64,000 bases of DNA from an uncultured Alphaproteobacteria bacterium (GCA_963841025.1 CAWJBG010000001.1:300765-364764); one strand, 5' to 3'. Shown: positions 52,226-62,193, counted from the stretch's first letter. Program-made: numbers and translations. Notes: generated by a model not told the origin, from the letters alone.

Positions 52226-53155
52226 TTATCCGTGCATCAAGGCAGTGACGTGCGCAGCCGTCGAGTCCGCCAGCGCTTCCAGATCGTAGCCGCCTTCCAG
52301 CACGGAAACGACGCGGCCGTCGGCGTATTGATCGGCCACGTCCATCAGCTTTTGCGTCGCCCAGGCAAAGTCGGCTTCGACCAGATTGAGATTGGCCAGC
52401 GGGTCACGCATGTGGGCGTCAAAGCCGGCGGAGATGATAACAAGGTCTGGCTCAAATTCGCGCAGCCGTGGCAGGATCCGGTTTTCGAAGGCGGCGCGAA
52501 ACGCTTCACCACCGTCGCCGGGTTTGAGTGGTGCGTTTACGATCGTATTGTACTCGCCGGACTCGTCGACTGCGCCCGTGCCCGGATAAAGCGGCATCTG
52601 ATGGGTCGAGCAGTACATCACCGTTTTATCCGCCCAGAAGATGTCCTGCGACCCGTTGCCGTGATGGACGTCGAAATCGACGATGGCCGCGCGGCTGATA
52701 CCGTGCTGACGCTGCGCATAACGTGCGGCGATGGCGGCGTTGTCGAAAAAGCAAAAGCCCATCGGCCGCGCCGTTTCCGCGTGGTGACCTGGAGGGCGTG
52801 TGGCGACGAAGGCGTTGGCGGCCTTCTTGGTCAAAACCTCGTCGACCGCGTGGATGGCGCCGCCGACCGCGCGCAAAGCCGCCTCAAAGCTGCCGGGAGA
52901 CATCGAAGTGTCGGCATCGATTTGCACCAGGCCATGCGCGGGCGCGGCGTCGCGGATTTGCGTGACGTACTCCATCGGGTGGCACAGCGCGATGACTTCG
53001 AGTGTCGCCCGCGGCGCCTCGACGCGCGCGAGAGACTGAAACTTCTCCACCTCAAGTGCGTGTTCGATCGCGCGCAACCGGTCAGGCCGCTCGGGGTGGC
53101 CGTGCGGGGTGAGGTGATCGAGGCAGGCCGGATGGGTGATCAAGAGCGTGGACAT
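52226..53155 (-). CDS. histone deacetylase-family (acetylpolyamine/acetoin-type) amidohydrolase
   Basis: [16 protein letters not shown] and EGGY. Confidence 0.9.
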   Translation of the reverse strand: MSTLLITHPACLDHLTPHGHPERPDRLRAIEHALEVEKFQSLARVEAPRATLEVIALCHPMEYVTQIRDAAPAHGLVQIDADTSMSPGSFEAALRAVGGAIHAVDEVLTKKAANAFVATRPPGHHAETARPMGFCFFDNAAIAARYAQRQHGISRAAIVDFDVHHGNGSQDIFWADKTVMYCSTHQMPLYPGTGAVDESGEYNTIVNAPLKPGDGGEAFRAAFENRILPRLREFEPDLVIISAGFDAHMRDPLANLNLVEADFAWATQKLMDVADQYADGRVVSVLEGGYDLEALADSTAAHVTALMHG

Positions 53156-53179
53156 CGAACTACACTTACACTGTCAATC

Positions 53180-54956
53180 CTATTGAGCCAAAACCGTGTC
53201 GGCGCCGATAACTGCCGCGGCGCCTTCGACCACGGTGCGTTCGAGCGCTCCGGCCTGCACGGCAAAGTTTTCCGCAAAGAAGCGCGCCAGTGCAATGCGC
53301 GGGCCGGCGTCGGCGTTGAGCCGCAATGCGGCAAGCGCCTGTTGCGCCAACAAGCAGCCGCCGGTGGCGACGCCGAACAGCCGAAGGTATGGGGTCGCAC
53401 CGGCAAGCGCTTCGTCGGTGTCTTTATCAAGCTTGGCCAAGAGCCATTGGGTCGCGCGCGCCAAACTTTCAACGGCTTCTTCGAGGCGCACGCCGCTCCA
53501 GCCGAGCGCTGGATCGTTGGTCGCGTTGACCGCTTCGACGATGCGGCGCAATTCGCCAAGAAAAGATTTCGACCGCCGCACCGCCATCGAGCGGCAATTT
53601 GCGGGTGACAAGATCGATCGCCTGAATGCCGTTAGTGCCCTCGTAAATCGGGCCGATCCGGGCGTCGCGTAACAACTGCGCCGCGCCGGTCTCCTCGATG
53701 AAACCCATTCCGCCGTGTACCTGCACGCCGATGGAAGCGACCTCGACGCCGATATCGGTCGAAAATGCCTTTGCCACTGGTGTCAGCAGCGAGGCCCGCG
53801 CATGCGCCGCCCGACGCGCGGCCTGGTCGATCCCGCGCTCACTGTGATCGAGCGCCAGAGCGGTTGCGTAGCAGATCGTGCGCGCTGCCTGCGTCAGCGC
53901 CCGCATGGTCATGAGCATACGCTTGACGTCCGGATGGGCGATGATTGGCGCCATCGAAGTCGCCGGCATGCCGGCGATGCGGCCTTGCCGGCGTTCGCGC
54001 GCGTAGGCGACTGCCATCTGCGTCGCGCGGTCCGCGATGCCGACGCCCTGGAGACCTACGGCGAGCCGCGCGCGGTTCATCATGGTGAACATCGCGGCCA
54101 TGCCGGCATTCTCTGCGCCGACGATGTAGCCGATTGCGCCGCCTTGATCGCCGAAGATCATGGTACAGGTCGGCGAGCCGTGGATGCCGAGTTTGTGCTC
54201 CACCGAATGGGCGCGCACGTCGTTGCGCGCACCAGGCGTGCCGTCGGGATTGAGCAAAAACTTCGGCACCAGGAACAATGAAATGCCGCGGGTGCCGGGC
54301 GGGGCGTCGGGCAGTCGCGCGAGGACGAAATGGATGATGTTATCTGTCAGGTCGTGCTCGCCATAGGTGATGAAGATTTTCTGACCCGTAATGCGGTAGG
54401 TGCCGTCGCCGGTGCGCTCGGCGCGGGTGCGTAATGCGCCGACATCGGAGCCGGCTTGCGGCTCGGTCAGCTGCATCGTTCCGGTCCATTCGCCGGTGAC
54501 GAGCTTTTCAAGATAGGCGCGTTTCAGCTCATCGCTGCCATGGGCGTTGAGCGCGTCGATTGCTCCCATGGTCAATAACGGCCCGAGGCCAAACGACATC
54601 GCGGCCGCGTTCCACATCTCGGTGCACGCGGCGTTGACGACTTGCGGCAATCCCTGTCCGCCCCATTGGGTCGGTGAGGCGAGCCCGTTCCAGCCGGCTT
54701 TGCACCAGGCGTGATAAGCCGCTTTCCAGCCGGGCGCGGTGGTGACGGCACCGTCCTTGAATGTCGTGCCGGATTGGTCGCCGACGCGGTTAAGTGGTGC
54801 GATAATCTCGCCGGCCATGCGGCCCGCTTCGCTGAGCACCGCGTCGACATCGTCCATGGTGAGGTCGCCGAACAAACCCTCCTCGAGCGCAGGCAGAAGC
54901 GTTGTCCCGTATTTGAGCGCAAAGCCCATGTCGGCGAGCGGGGCTTGGTAGGTCAT
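53180..54956 (-). pseudogene. long-form acyl-CoA dehydrogenase (~590 aa), frame broken near 53565-53575
   Basis: ORF 53469..54956 is ACAD-like until ..LVTRKLPLDGGAAV. ORF 53180..53611 continues KSFLGELRRIVEAVNA.. to the C-terminal helical domain. One extra base explains the break. Confidence 0.75.
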
Positions 54957-55172
54957 GGGCGTCTCCCGCGGCAGGTCGGATTTGGCTGTCGGCCGGGCTC
55001 TCAGCCATTATTGTATTTATTATAGAGTAGCCGCGGCGCTGACCATGCCAAAGCGCCGGGGCGGCCGGCCGTCAAGCCGCGAACCGAGGCAAACATTGAT
55101 CGCAGGCGATCACGTCGCTATGGTGCGGTGGCTTATGGCCCGAGGCGGGCCGGCGGCAATCCGATGGTATTT

Positions 55173-55247
55173 TGGGGCGTAGCCAAGCGGTAAGGCAGCG
55201 GATTTTGATTCCGCCATTCGAAGGTTCGATTCCTTCCGCCCCAGCCA
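55173..55247 (+). tRNA. tRNA-Gln (anticodon UUG), CCA encoded
   Basis: Manual cloverleaf: acceptor TGGGGCG/CGCCCCA, D arm GCC-AAGCGGTAA-GGC, anticodon arm GCGGA-TTTTGAT-TCCGC, T arm GAAGG-TTCGATT-CCTTC. Close to E. coli tRNA-Gln from memory. Confidence 0.95.
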
Positions 55248-55248
55248 C
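55200..55248. repeat. attL-like copy of 49-bp direct repeat (3' part of tRNA-Gln)
   Basis: GGATTTTGATTCCGCCATTCGAAGGTTCGATTCCTTCCGCCCCAGCCAC is identical to 60108-60156. Confidence 0.9.
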
Positions 55249-55273
55249 CGGGGAGACGTCCAAAGGGTGGGGG

Positions 55274-55819
55274 ATGGCCATCAGCGATTCAACACATTGG
55301 TTCTTCCAGTACGGTAGCCAATATTACGTTGCTGGCCGCTACGCGGCCTTCGCCGGTTTGACGCCTATCGTCGGCAACATATTGCATCACGCCGTTGAAA
55401 TGTTCCTCAAAGGCGTGCTTGCAAAGACAATGTCGCTGAAGGAGTTGAAAGATAAGCTCGGACACGATCTTCCAAAAATCTGGGCGGTGTTCAAAGTAAA
55501 AGTCAACGATAAGAGCTTATCAGCGTTTGATAAGGTGATCGACACGTTGAACGCGTTCGAAGACATTCGTTATCCCAATAAAATCCTGACCGACGGCGCG
55601 GTTTTGCAAATTGACATCACGAAAGTCGGCGCGGCGATGACATCTGGAAGCGGCTCAGGCGCCTCAATGCCGCAATATTCCCTTTGCCTCGAAGAAATCG
55701 ACGAACTTGTCAAAGCGATCTTCAACGCCGCAGGCCGTGCACCTCCGGCCTATCTGCGTTTTGTGAAAAGCGAAGCGAGAGACTTCGTAAACCGGGAGAA
55801 CAACTGCGTTAGTATCTGA
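55274..55819 (+). CDS. HEPN-domain protein
   Basis: 181 aa. Helical pattern A..AGRYAAFAGL..ILHHAVEMFLKGVL..LGHDL..IW..LNAFEDIRYPN matches the classic HEPN (PF05168-type) layout ending in RYP. Assignment is from memory. Confidence 0.55.
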   Translation: MAISDSTHWFFQYGSQYYVAGRYAAFAGLTPIVGNILHHAVEMFLKGVLAKTMSLKELKDKLGHDLPKIWAVFKVKVNDKSLSAFDKVIDTLNAFEDIRYPNKILTDGAVLQIDITKVGAAMTSGSGSGASMPQYSLCLEEIDELVKAIFNAAGRAPPAYLRFVKSEARDFVNRENNCVSI

Positions 55820-55919
55820 GTTTGGGCACGTAGACCGGTGGAGTCGCCCGCGCCAATTGGTGGGTGGGCGCTTGATCTGTCATTTGCTCGGCCGTCGTTC
55901 CTCGATCGAGAGTGAGCCA

Positions 55920-58417
55920 ATGCCGCTTGCTTTGACCATATTTGGCGTATCGACCGCCGGCAGTCAGCCCGTGTTCTGCTACGGGTTTCTACGGCCCGTT
56001 CGGGGCGCGGGCGATTACCAGCCGCCAAATCTTCCCAGGGGCCTCACGGCAAACCGCATCACGCGGACGCCTCTGTCTGGATTTCAGGAAGTTGAAGTAG
56101 TCGCGTGGGATTGCATTTTCCCGACCGGGCTAGAAGAGACTGTGCTGACTCAGTTTTCAGCAGGAAAGCTGACTATACCCGATGAGTGTCCTATAGAACC
56201 GGGCCGTACAGTCGAAGGCGACCTTTGCCCGTTATCATTTATCTTCGACTACCCCACTTGGGTTCGAACCTCTGGCACCGGAATTCTTCAACTCCAAAGC
56301 CTCATTGTCCGAGATGGTATTGATCCAGTCTTTCAAGCCCTGACGCCGGCTGTTGGAGCGGGCGATACTCCTGCCGCCTTGCTGAAGCTAATCGAGGTGC
56401 TGGCCAAACAATCCGGTTTAGAAGAAATCTTTTTGCTCAGGCGTCCAATTGGATTGATTGATCATTTTTGGCGGGAGGACCCTAACTGTTCAACCTCGGC
56501 GCCGCTGTTGAATATCGTACCTGACAAACCCGATTTCCGAACCAAAGTACCCATGCTCAAATGTTATGTGCGCCGTTACGCGTGTAGCGAAGAGCGAGCG
56601 TTTCGATTGCACGTGACAGTTAAGAACTTTGATGAAGTGCTCAGGGATTATCTTGTCGACTTCCCCGCCGGTGCGCCAGAAGTCGCCGTTGATACAAGCG
56701 TCCACATCACCGATGTGTCAGTCGAGGCCTTTAACGAAGACGGAACGATCGCACAAAAGATCATCGCTGTGTTTACTCAAGCAATGGATTTCGGAATCAA
56801 AGCTCTAGGCCGCGCCGACCTTCTTCCAGCAGTTTTCAGTAGTACGCCTGAAACTCAAGACCTGGAAAAACGCGCACGGTTGAGCACCGTTGCGTTCAAG
56901 GGCCCTGCTGCGGGAATGCGGTCCGGCGCGTTCGATGTGCTCCGGCAAAATAGGGAGCGTGTGGATGCCCTACTTGGACCTCAGAAACCATCTGCCGAAT
57001 GTTTTTGGTTCGGCAGAAGCCCTGAAAGTCAAATCGATGTGATCCGCTGGATCAAGACGAAGCTTGAGCAGCCGAATGTCCGCAATGCATATCTAATCGA
57101 TCCCTTTCTCGGAACTGACGCGTTGCGCAGAGTGATTTGCGTCAAGGCAACGAAAACATTGATCTGACACTTCTAGTGTCTCCCGGTCGCGTCAACCCGG
57201 ACGCCGAGACGGTTGATATGCCAGCAACAGAAAATCATATCCAAAAGCTCATTGGCGTAGCGAATGAATGGTCTGAGCAACTGTGTGGCAACATATCAAT
57301 TATTCATATCAAGCGAGGGGAGGATGCGCGTCAGGCGTTTCATGATCGTTATCTGTGCCTGGTCGACCAGGACGGGGTGCCGACGGTATATTTGCTGTCC
57401 AATAGTCTCAGCAAAGCAGCCGGGGATTGGCCCTTTGCCATCAGTGAATTGAGCCGCGTAACTGCTTGGCAGGCTTACCGCTACATCGAAGGCCTTATCG
57501 CAGGAAAGGATGGCGAAAGAGAACTTCAGCCTGTTGAGATTTGGAGGCGTAAGCAATCGACAGCCCCTATTGAAGTAAAGACCGAACAGCCAGATCAAAG
57601 CACGGACCGGCCCCAGTGGGTTCCGTGGGCTGAGTCCTTTCTGAGAAGACTGCAGACGGTCGCCTACCGTAATACCGGGAACCGCGACGAGATGGACGCC
57701 ATAGTTGATCAATGCCTTGTTGAGTGGCCGACTGGCGTCGATGCGACGGTGCTCGCGGATAACTTATTTCGGATAATTAGCTACAGAGCGCAATACGTTG
57801 CGCGCGGCGCAGCCCGCTTCTTATCAGGAAGCGATGCGCAGCAGGCCGTTGGTAGGCGACTGGAAGACTTGCAGCTGGATCATTTTTTTGGCGAGCTTGA
57901 AAAGGGCGATAGAACTCACGGCGTTACGTGGCAATTTCTGGATGGCAGAGACGAGCTGATTGCTTTCCTGGGTCGTGCAATTTCTCGGCTCAGCACTCCA
58001 ACTTATTTCGTTAGAGATCGAATTAACCCGTTAGTCCATTCGTCCATGCAAACGCTGGAGTTTCAACGAGGCGAAACCGATGCCGCGTTTAACGCAGTTC
58101 AAATCGCAACTTGCCTCATAAGCCTTGGACTAGAAGTCGCTGTGGTATCCGACGTCGAATTGAGATTTCGACAAGGTGTCGCTAGTGACTATGTACATTG
58201 GGCCGGACGACTTGTGCGTTCTGACGCAGCGCGTATTCGGTTGGCGTTCGGAGCACACGCGTCCGACTTGTGGATGAATGATTTCACGTTTCTCGCGCGC
58301 CAGATATTGCAGGCCGGGTCGATATTGGGGGAGCCTGTGCAAACCTCGATTTTCCGCGTTCTCAGCGATTCCTTGGTGCCATTGGAATTTAAGACACTGC
58401 TCGGTCAGGCCGGGTAA
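55920..58417 (+). pseudogene. large (~830 aa) uncharacterised protein with central IDPF...HDRY PLD/MIT_C-like module, frame broken at T-run ~57134-57136
   Basis: ORF 55857..57167 (likely ATG at 55920) ends ..NAYLIDPFLGTDALRRVI. ORF 57137..58417 continues LRQGNENIDLTLLVSPG..IIHIKRGEDARQAFHDRYLCLVDQDGVPTVYLLSNSLSKAAG. The second frame opens only at about 57119. Adding one T (GTGATTTTGCG) joins them. Confidence 0.55.
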
Positions 58418-58442
58418 TGAAACGACTGCGCGTCGCCGTTTC

Positions 58443-58470
58443 GGAGGTTCGAATCCTCCCCCCAACCAGC
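58443..58470 (+). other. tRNA 3'-end-like remnant (T arm plus acceptor strand, no CCA)
   Basis: GGAGG-TTCGAAT-CCTCC followed by CCCCAAC. No matching 5' half upstream. Lies between the two cargo modules of the islet. Confidence 0.4.
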
Positions 58471-58541
58471 GGTGAGTGCCCGCTGACCTCTAAGTAGTTG
58501 ATATTCAACCTATTGTATTACCAAAGATTTCCATTGAATAA

Positions 58542-58578
58542 TGTCGGGTTTTTGCTATATTAAGTGTCGGGTTTTTGC
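58542..58578. promoter_or_regulatory. two direct 14-bp repeats TGTCGGGTTTTTGC spaced 23 bp, just upstream of abiEi-like gene (candidate operator)
   Basis: Read directly at 58542-58555 and 58565-58578. The second copy ends 12 nt before the ATG at 58591 and abuts the AAGGAGAGG RBS. Confidence 0.45.
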
Positions 58579-58590
58579 AAGGAGAGGCCC

Positions 58591-59007
58591 ATGCCCCGCC
58601 GAAAGACATTGCGGCAAAGAATCGAGGAGCGGATTTCCCGCCGGTCCGGAGACTCGGTATTCCTCACGCGCGAATTCACTAATCTCGGCGGCGAGGACCA
58701 AGTGCTGCGCGCCCTGCGCACCCTTGTGCAGGACGGGCATCTGCTGCGCCTCGGCTACGGAGTTTATGGGCGCGCCGTCCCTTCGAGCTTATCAGGACGT
58801 CCGATGCTCTACAGCCCCAACGGCTTCATCGGCGCTGCGCGCCAGGCTCTCGACAAGCTCGGGGTCGAATGGGAGCCGACCGAAGCCGAGCGCGCTTACA
58901 ACGAAGGCCGCTCGACGCAAGTGCCGGTCAATCCGGTCGTGCGCGTAAGGGGGCGGTTCAACCGCCACCTCAGTTACGGCAATTCGGAGCTTGTCGTTGA
59001 GCGATAG
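58591..59007 (+). CDS. AbiEi-family (type IV toxin-antitoxin) antitoxin-like wHTH protein
   Basis: N-terminal pattern RQRIEERISRRSGDSVFLTREF....VLRALRTLVQDGHLLRLGYGVYGRA is typical of AbiEi/DUF6088 antitoxins. Overlaps the downstream toxin gene. Confidence 0.6.
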   Translation: MPRRKTLRQRIEERISRRSGDSVFLTREFTNLGGEDQVLRALRTLVQDGHLLRLGYGVYGRAVPSSLSGRPMLYSPNGFIGAARQALDKLGVEWEPTEAERAYNEGRSTQVPVNPVVRVRGRFNRHLSYGNSELVVER

Positions 59008-59926
59008 GCCGACGCTCCAGCAGCTGCTCGAAATACAGCAGCACTTCGAATTGCCGAGTACCGCGCTCGTCGAAAAGGACTGGCACGTCATCAAGGCGCT
59101 CGCCGCGATCATGGCAGTCGACACTAAGCCATTCCGGCTGGTCTTCGGCGGCGGCACCGCGCTCGGGCGCGCCTATGGACTCATCAAGCGCATGTCCGAG
59201 GACATCGATCTGAGGATCGTCGGCGTTGAGCGGCCGAGCCGAGGTCAGTTGCGCGTGCTGCGGCAAAAAATTATGAAGGCTTTGCTGGACGCCGGCTTTA
59301 AGTTCGATCCCGAGAACCCCGAGCATCGCAGGACCATGTATGAGGGGCGCTACACCGTCTATCACCTTCCTTACGAAGCCGTCGCAGAAGGCACCGGAGC
59401 GCTTCGCCCGGAAATTAAGATCGAGACTTCCGCGTTTCCGTTAAGGCGCGATTCCGTCCAACGCCCGGTCTCGTCCTTCATCGCCGAGGGTAACGGCAAG
59501 CCGCCCGAGATTCCTTCGATCGACTGCACCTCAATTCTTGAAACCACAGCGGACAAGCTGGTTGGCTTGACCCGCCGTGCCGGCGCGGAACTCGCGGGCT
59601 TGCGCAAAGAGCGCGATACGACATTAGTTCGGCACATTCATGATCTTCATGCCGTTCGCAGCCAATACGACCCCGCAGAGGTCGCCAAGCTCGCTCGCGA
59701 AATCATGCCCGACGAAGCGGCGCAACGAGCCGACGATTTTCCTGCCTACAAGGCGGACCCACTGGGCGAAACGCTGAAAGCGATCGAAGGCATCGCGGCG
59801 AGCGCCGACTACAAGAGGGATTACGAAACCTTCCGCCGCGACATGGTCTATGGCGACGGCGTTGATTTCGATACTGCGATCAAGACGCTCAAGGAGCTAG
59901 GAGAGCAATTGCGCCGAGCGGCGTGA
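58991..59926 (+). CDS. nucleotidyltransferase AbiEii/AbiGii toxin family protein
   Basis: DUF1814-type motifs (VFGGGTALGRAY, SEDIDLRI, EIKIETS). The start codon is uncertain (TTG 58991 or 58997). Confidence 0.8.
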   Translation: MSLSDRPTLQQLLEIQQHFELPSTALVEKDWHVIKALAAIMAVDTKPFRLVFGGGTALGRAYGLIKRMSEDIDLRIVGVERPSRGQLRVLRQKIMKALLDAGFKFDPENPEHRRTMYEGRYTVYHLPYEAVAEGTGALRPEIKIETSAFPLRRDSVQRPVSSFIAEGNGKPPEIPSIDCTSILETTADKLVGLTRRAGAELAGLRKERDTTLVRHIHDLHAVRSQYDPAEVAKLAREIMPDEAAQRADDFPAYKADPLGETLKAIEGIAASADYKRDYETFRRDMVYGDGVDFDTAIKTLKELGEQLRRAA

Positions 59927-60107
59927 CTTTACCCAATTTGGGGTCTTTTTACCCAAATCGGGGCCGAACATGAGTTAGCACAAGAGACGTGCGGCGGATT
60001 TCTGATTCCACCGTGCGCCGCTAAGCCGTTATTTCGCAATACAAAAAATTACCGCGACAGAGATGCGACAACGTGGCAAAAAACTGAATTGGATCAATGT
60101 GGTTTGT

Positions 60108-60156
60108 GGGATTTTGATTCCGCCATTCGAAGGTTCGATTCCTTCCGCCCCAGCCA
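60108..60156. repeat. attR-like copy of 49-bp direct repeat (orphan tRNA-Gln 3' fragment)
   Basis: Identical to 55200-55248. No tRNA 5' half precedes it. Confidence 0.9.
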
Positions 60157-60355
60157 CTGAAAAATAATTGCTGCGCTGGTTTTTAACGAGCGCGGCACGC
60201 TGATCTATCACTCACAGGGATAATTCCGCGGCGACTTTGTTCAAGCCGCGAGACGTCTGAAATGACGCAACGTCGCAAAAGCTGCTTGGTTGAAGATAAT
60301 CACCAAACGGAGGAGCGAAACCTGAGCTTTTTGTTTGGCGGGCGGCTGCCGCCGA

Positions 60356-60640
60356 TCACTGAACGGTTACCTTCGAGTATCCTCGCGCGGCGGGAAGGTG
60401 ATCAACTAAAGCCGGCGTCTTGCGCTCGGCCTCGTCTCCGATCTGCAATGAAAACAACCTTTTGCCGTCGGCGTTCCGCACCTCAATCGTCCAACCATGC
60501 CAATCGTGAGCCAGTTTGTTCGACAACAGCTGTCCGAGCGTTTCTGCAAACTCGACGGCGCCTTGAGGGCTGAGGAAATCGTCCCCTTTGTAGTCGAGAA
60601 GCGATTGATCCTTCGTGGTATAATCGAAGAAGTAGCGCAT
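60356..60640 (-). CDS. small hypothetical protein (DUF6894-like)
   Basis: MRYFFDYTTKDQSLLDYKGDDFLSPQGAVEFAETLGQLL..GWTIEVRNADGKRLFSL resembles the MRYFFH..D..G...D..A......A........W.IEV.D..G family. Assignment is from memory. Confidence 0.5.
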   Translation of the reverse strand: MRYFFDYTTKDQSLLDYKGDDFLSPQGAVEFAETLGQLLSNKLAHDWHGWTIEVRNADGKRLFSLQIGDEAERKTPALVDHLPAARGYSKVTVQ

Positions 60641-60992
60641 GAAACCGCACCAGCCGATCGTTTGTGACCAGCGCGATTGTAATAAGATTTTGCTATGGTG
60701 CTGTTAAATCGACCAATAAACATTTAGGCCAATTTCAAAGCGCTTAGGCTTAGAGGCAGTATCCGACGTTGCCGGTTGTTCGCAGAGCGTCGGAAGCATC
60801 GGCCTTCTTAAGGATTAAGCAAACGAGCTAAGGCCGGGCGCACGCCGTCGCGGCTTCGGGGCCGACGTCGTTCCACTCGCGCGTATGGTAAAAACTCGGT
60901 GTGCTGCCTTGCCCTTCGGGAACCGGCTGGGCAAGACTGCACTTCCAATTGCCCGACCGTCCACTCGACCATTGAGAAAGCTGAAACCGGAT

Positions 60993-62193
60993 ATGCCGAT
61001 CGATCGCCTTCGGGTTGCCGTGGTTGGAGGAGGCATCGGTGGCCTCGCGGCCGCTAATGCGCTCGTTCGACGAGGCGCCGACGTCACAGTATTGGAACAG
61101 GCGGCGGTGCTGGGCGAGGTCGGCGCCGGCATTATGATCTATCCGAATAGTCTGCGGCAGCTGGAACGCATGGGTCTTCGCGAAGCGATGGCGCGGGTGG
61201 GCGCGAAGGTCGGCGACGGGCTCGGAATACTGCAGGATGGACGGCACGACCGTCGGCAAAATCCTCACAACCGACTCGAACGGCTGGAACGGGGTCTATG
61301 GGACGCATCGGGCCGACTTGCTGCGTGTGCTCGCCGACGCGATTCCGCAAGCCGCCATACGCACAGGTCACCGCTGTATCGCATTTGAGCAAGATGAGGC
61401 TGGCGCACACCTGAAGTTCGCGAATGGCGCGACATTGGACGTCGACGTCGTGATCGCGGCCGATGGCATCCAGTCGACTTTGCAGAAATACGTCACCGAG
61501 CCCTCGCTGCCGGAATATTCAGGCTCACGCGCCTATCGAGGCTTGATCGCGACCGACAAGCTTCCCTCGTGGCGAAAGGAGGCTCACCAGGTCTGGATGG
61601 GCGACGGCAAACATTTCATGGTGTTTCCAGTTCGCAGCGGCCGGCTTCTCAATTATGTCGGCTTCGTGCCGACCAAGAGCGAGACGATCAAGTCATGGTC
61701 GGCGATTGGCGATCGCGACGAGCTTGCGGCGTCGTTCGCAGGATGGGATCCGCGCGTGGTCGGTCTGATTGAAAAAGTGGAGAGCTGCTTCTGGTGGGGG
61801 TTGTACGATCGGAAACCTCTGGCGTCGTGGACCAACGGGCGCCTCGCACTTCTTGGCGACGCCGCCCATGCGATGCTGCCGCATGTCGGTCAGGGCGCCA
61901 ATCAGGCCGTCGAGGATGGCGTTGCTCTTGCGGTTTTCCTTGAGGGGCGGAGTTCTGCTGAGGTCGCCGATGCATTGCGGCGCTACGAGGCTTTCCGTCG
62001 CGAGCGCACCGGTATCGTGCAGGCCGAAGCCCGGCGGAACGGTCTTCGTTACGATTCGCAGTACGAAAATCTGGAGCAGCGCGATCGGGAAGTCGCGAAT
62101 GCCGCGGTGTTCCGCAAATGGCTTTACGACTATGACGTCGAGCAAGCCGCGGTGGCTTATATGGCGGAAAGCCGGGCGTCCGTGCCCGCCTGA
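60993..62193 (+). pseudogene. FAD-dependent aromatic-ring monooxygenase (salicylate hydroxylase-like), frame broken near 61221-61225
   Basis: ORF 60885..61388 gives RVAVVGGGIGGLAAANAL..GAGIMIYPNS. ORF 61237..62193, with its open frame upstream, continues (S)EYCRMDGTTVGKI..HRADLL..GDAAHAMLPHVGQGANQAVEDG. One extra base explains the break. Confidence 0.75.

Larger units (their letters stand above)
55249..60107. mobile_element. integrase-less genomic islet inserted at tRNA-Gln 3' end
   Basis: Bounded by the perfect 49-bp repeat. Visibly AT-richer than the flanks. Cargo is HEPN, a large orphan protein and AbiEi/AbiEii, and there is an internal tRNA-3'-like remnant. Confidence 0.6.

Noticed and set aside
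55249-60107. Integrase, excisionase or transposase inside the tRNA-Gln islet.
   Set aside because: Reading all tracked ORFs on both strands gave no tyrosine/serine recombinase or DDE motifs, so none is reported.
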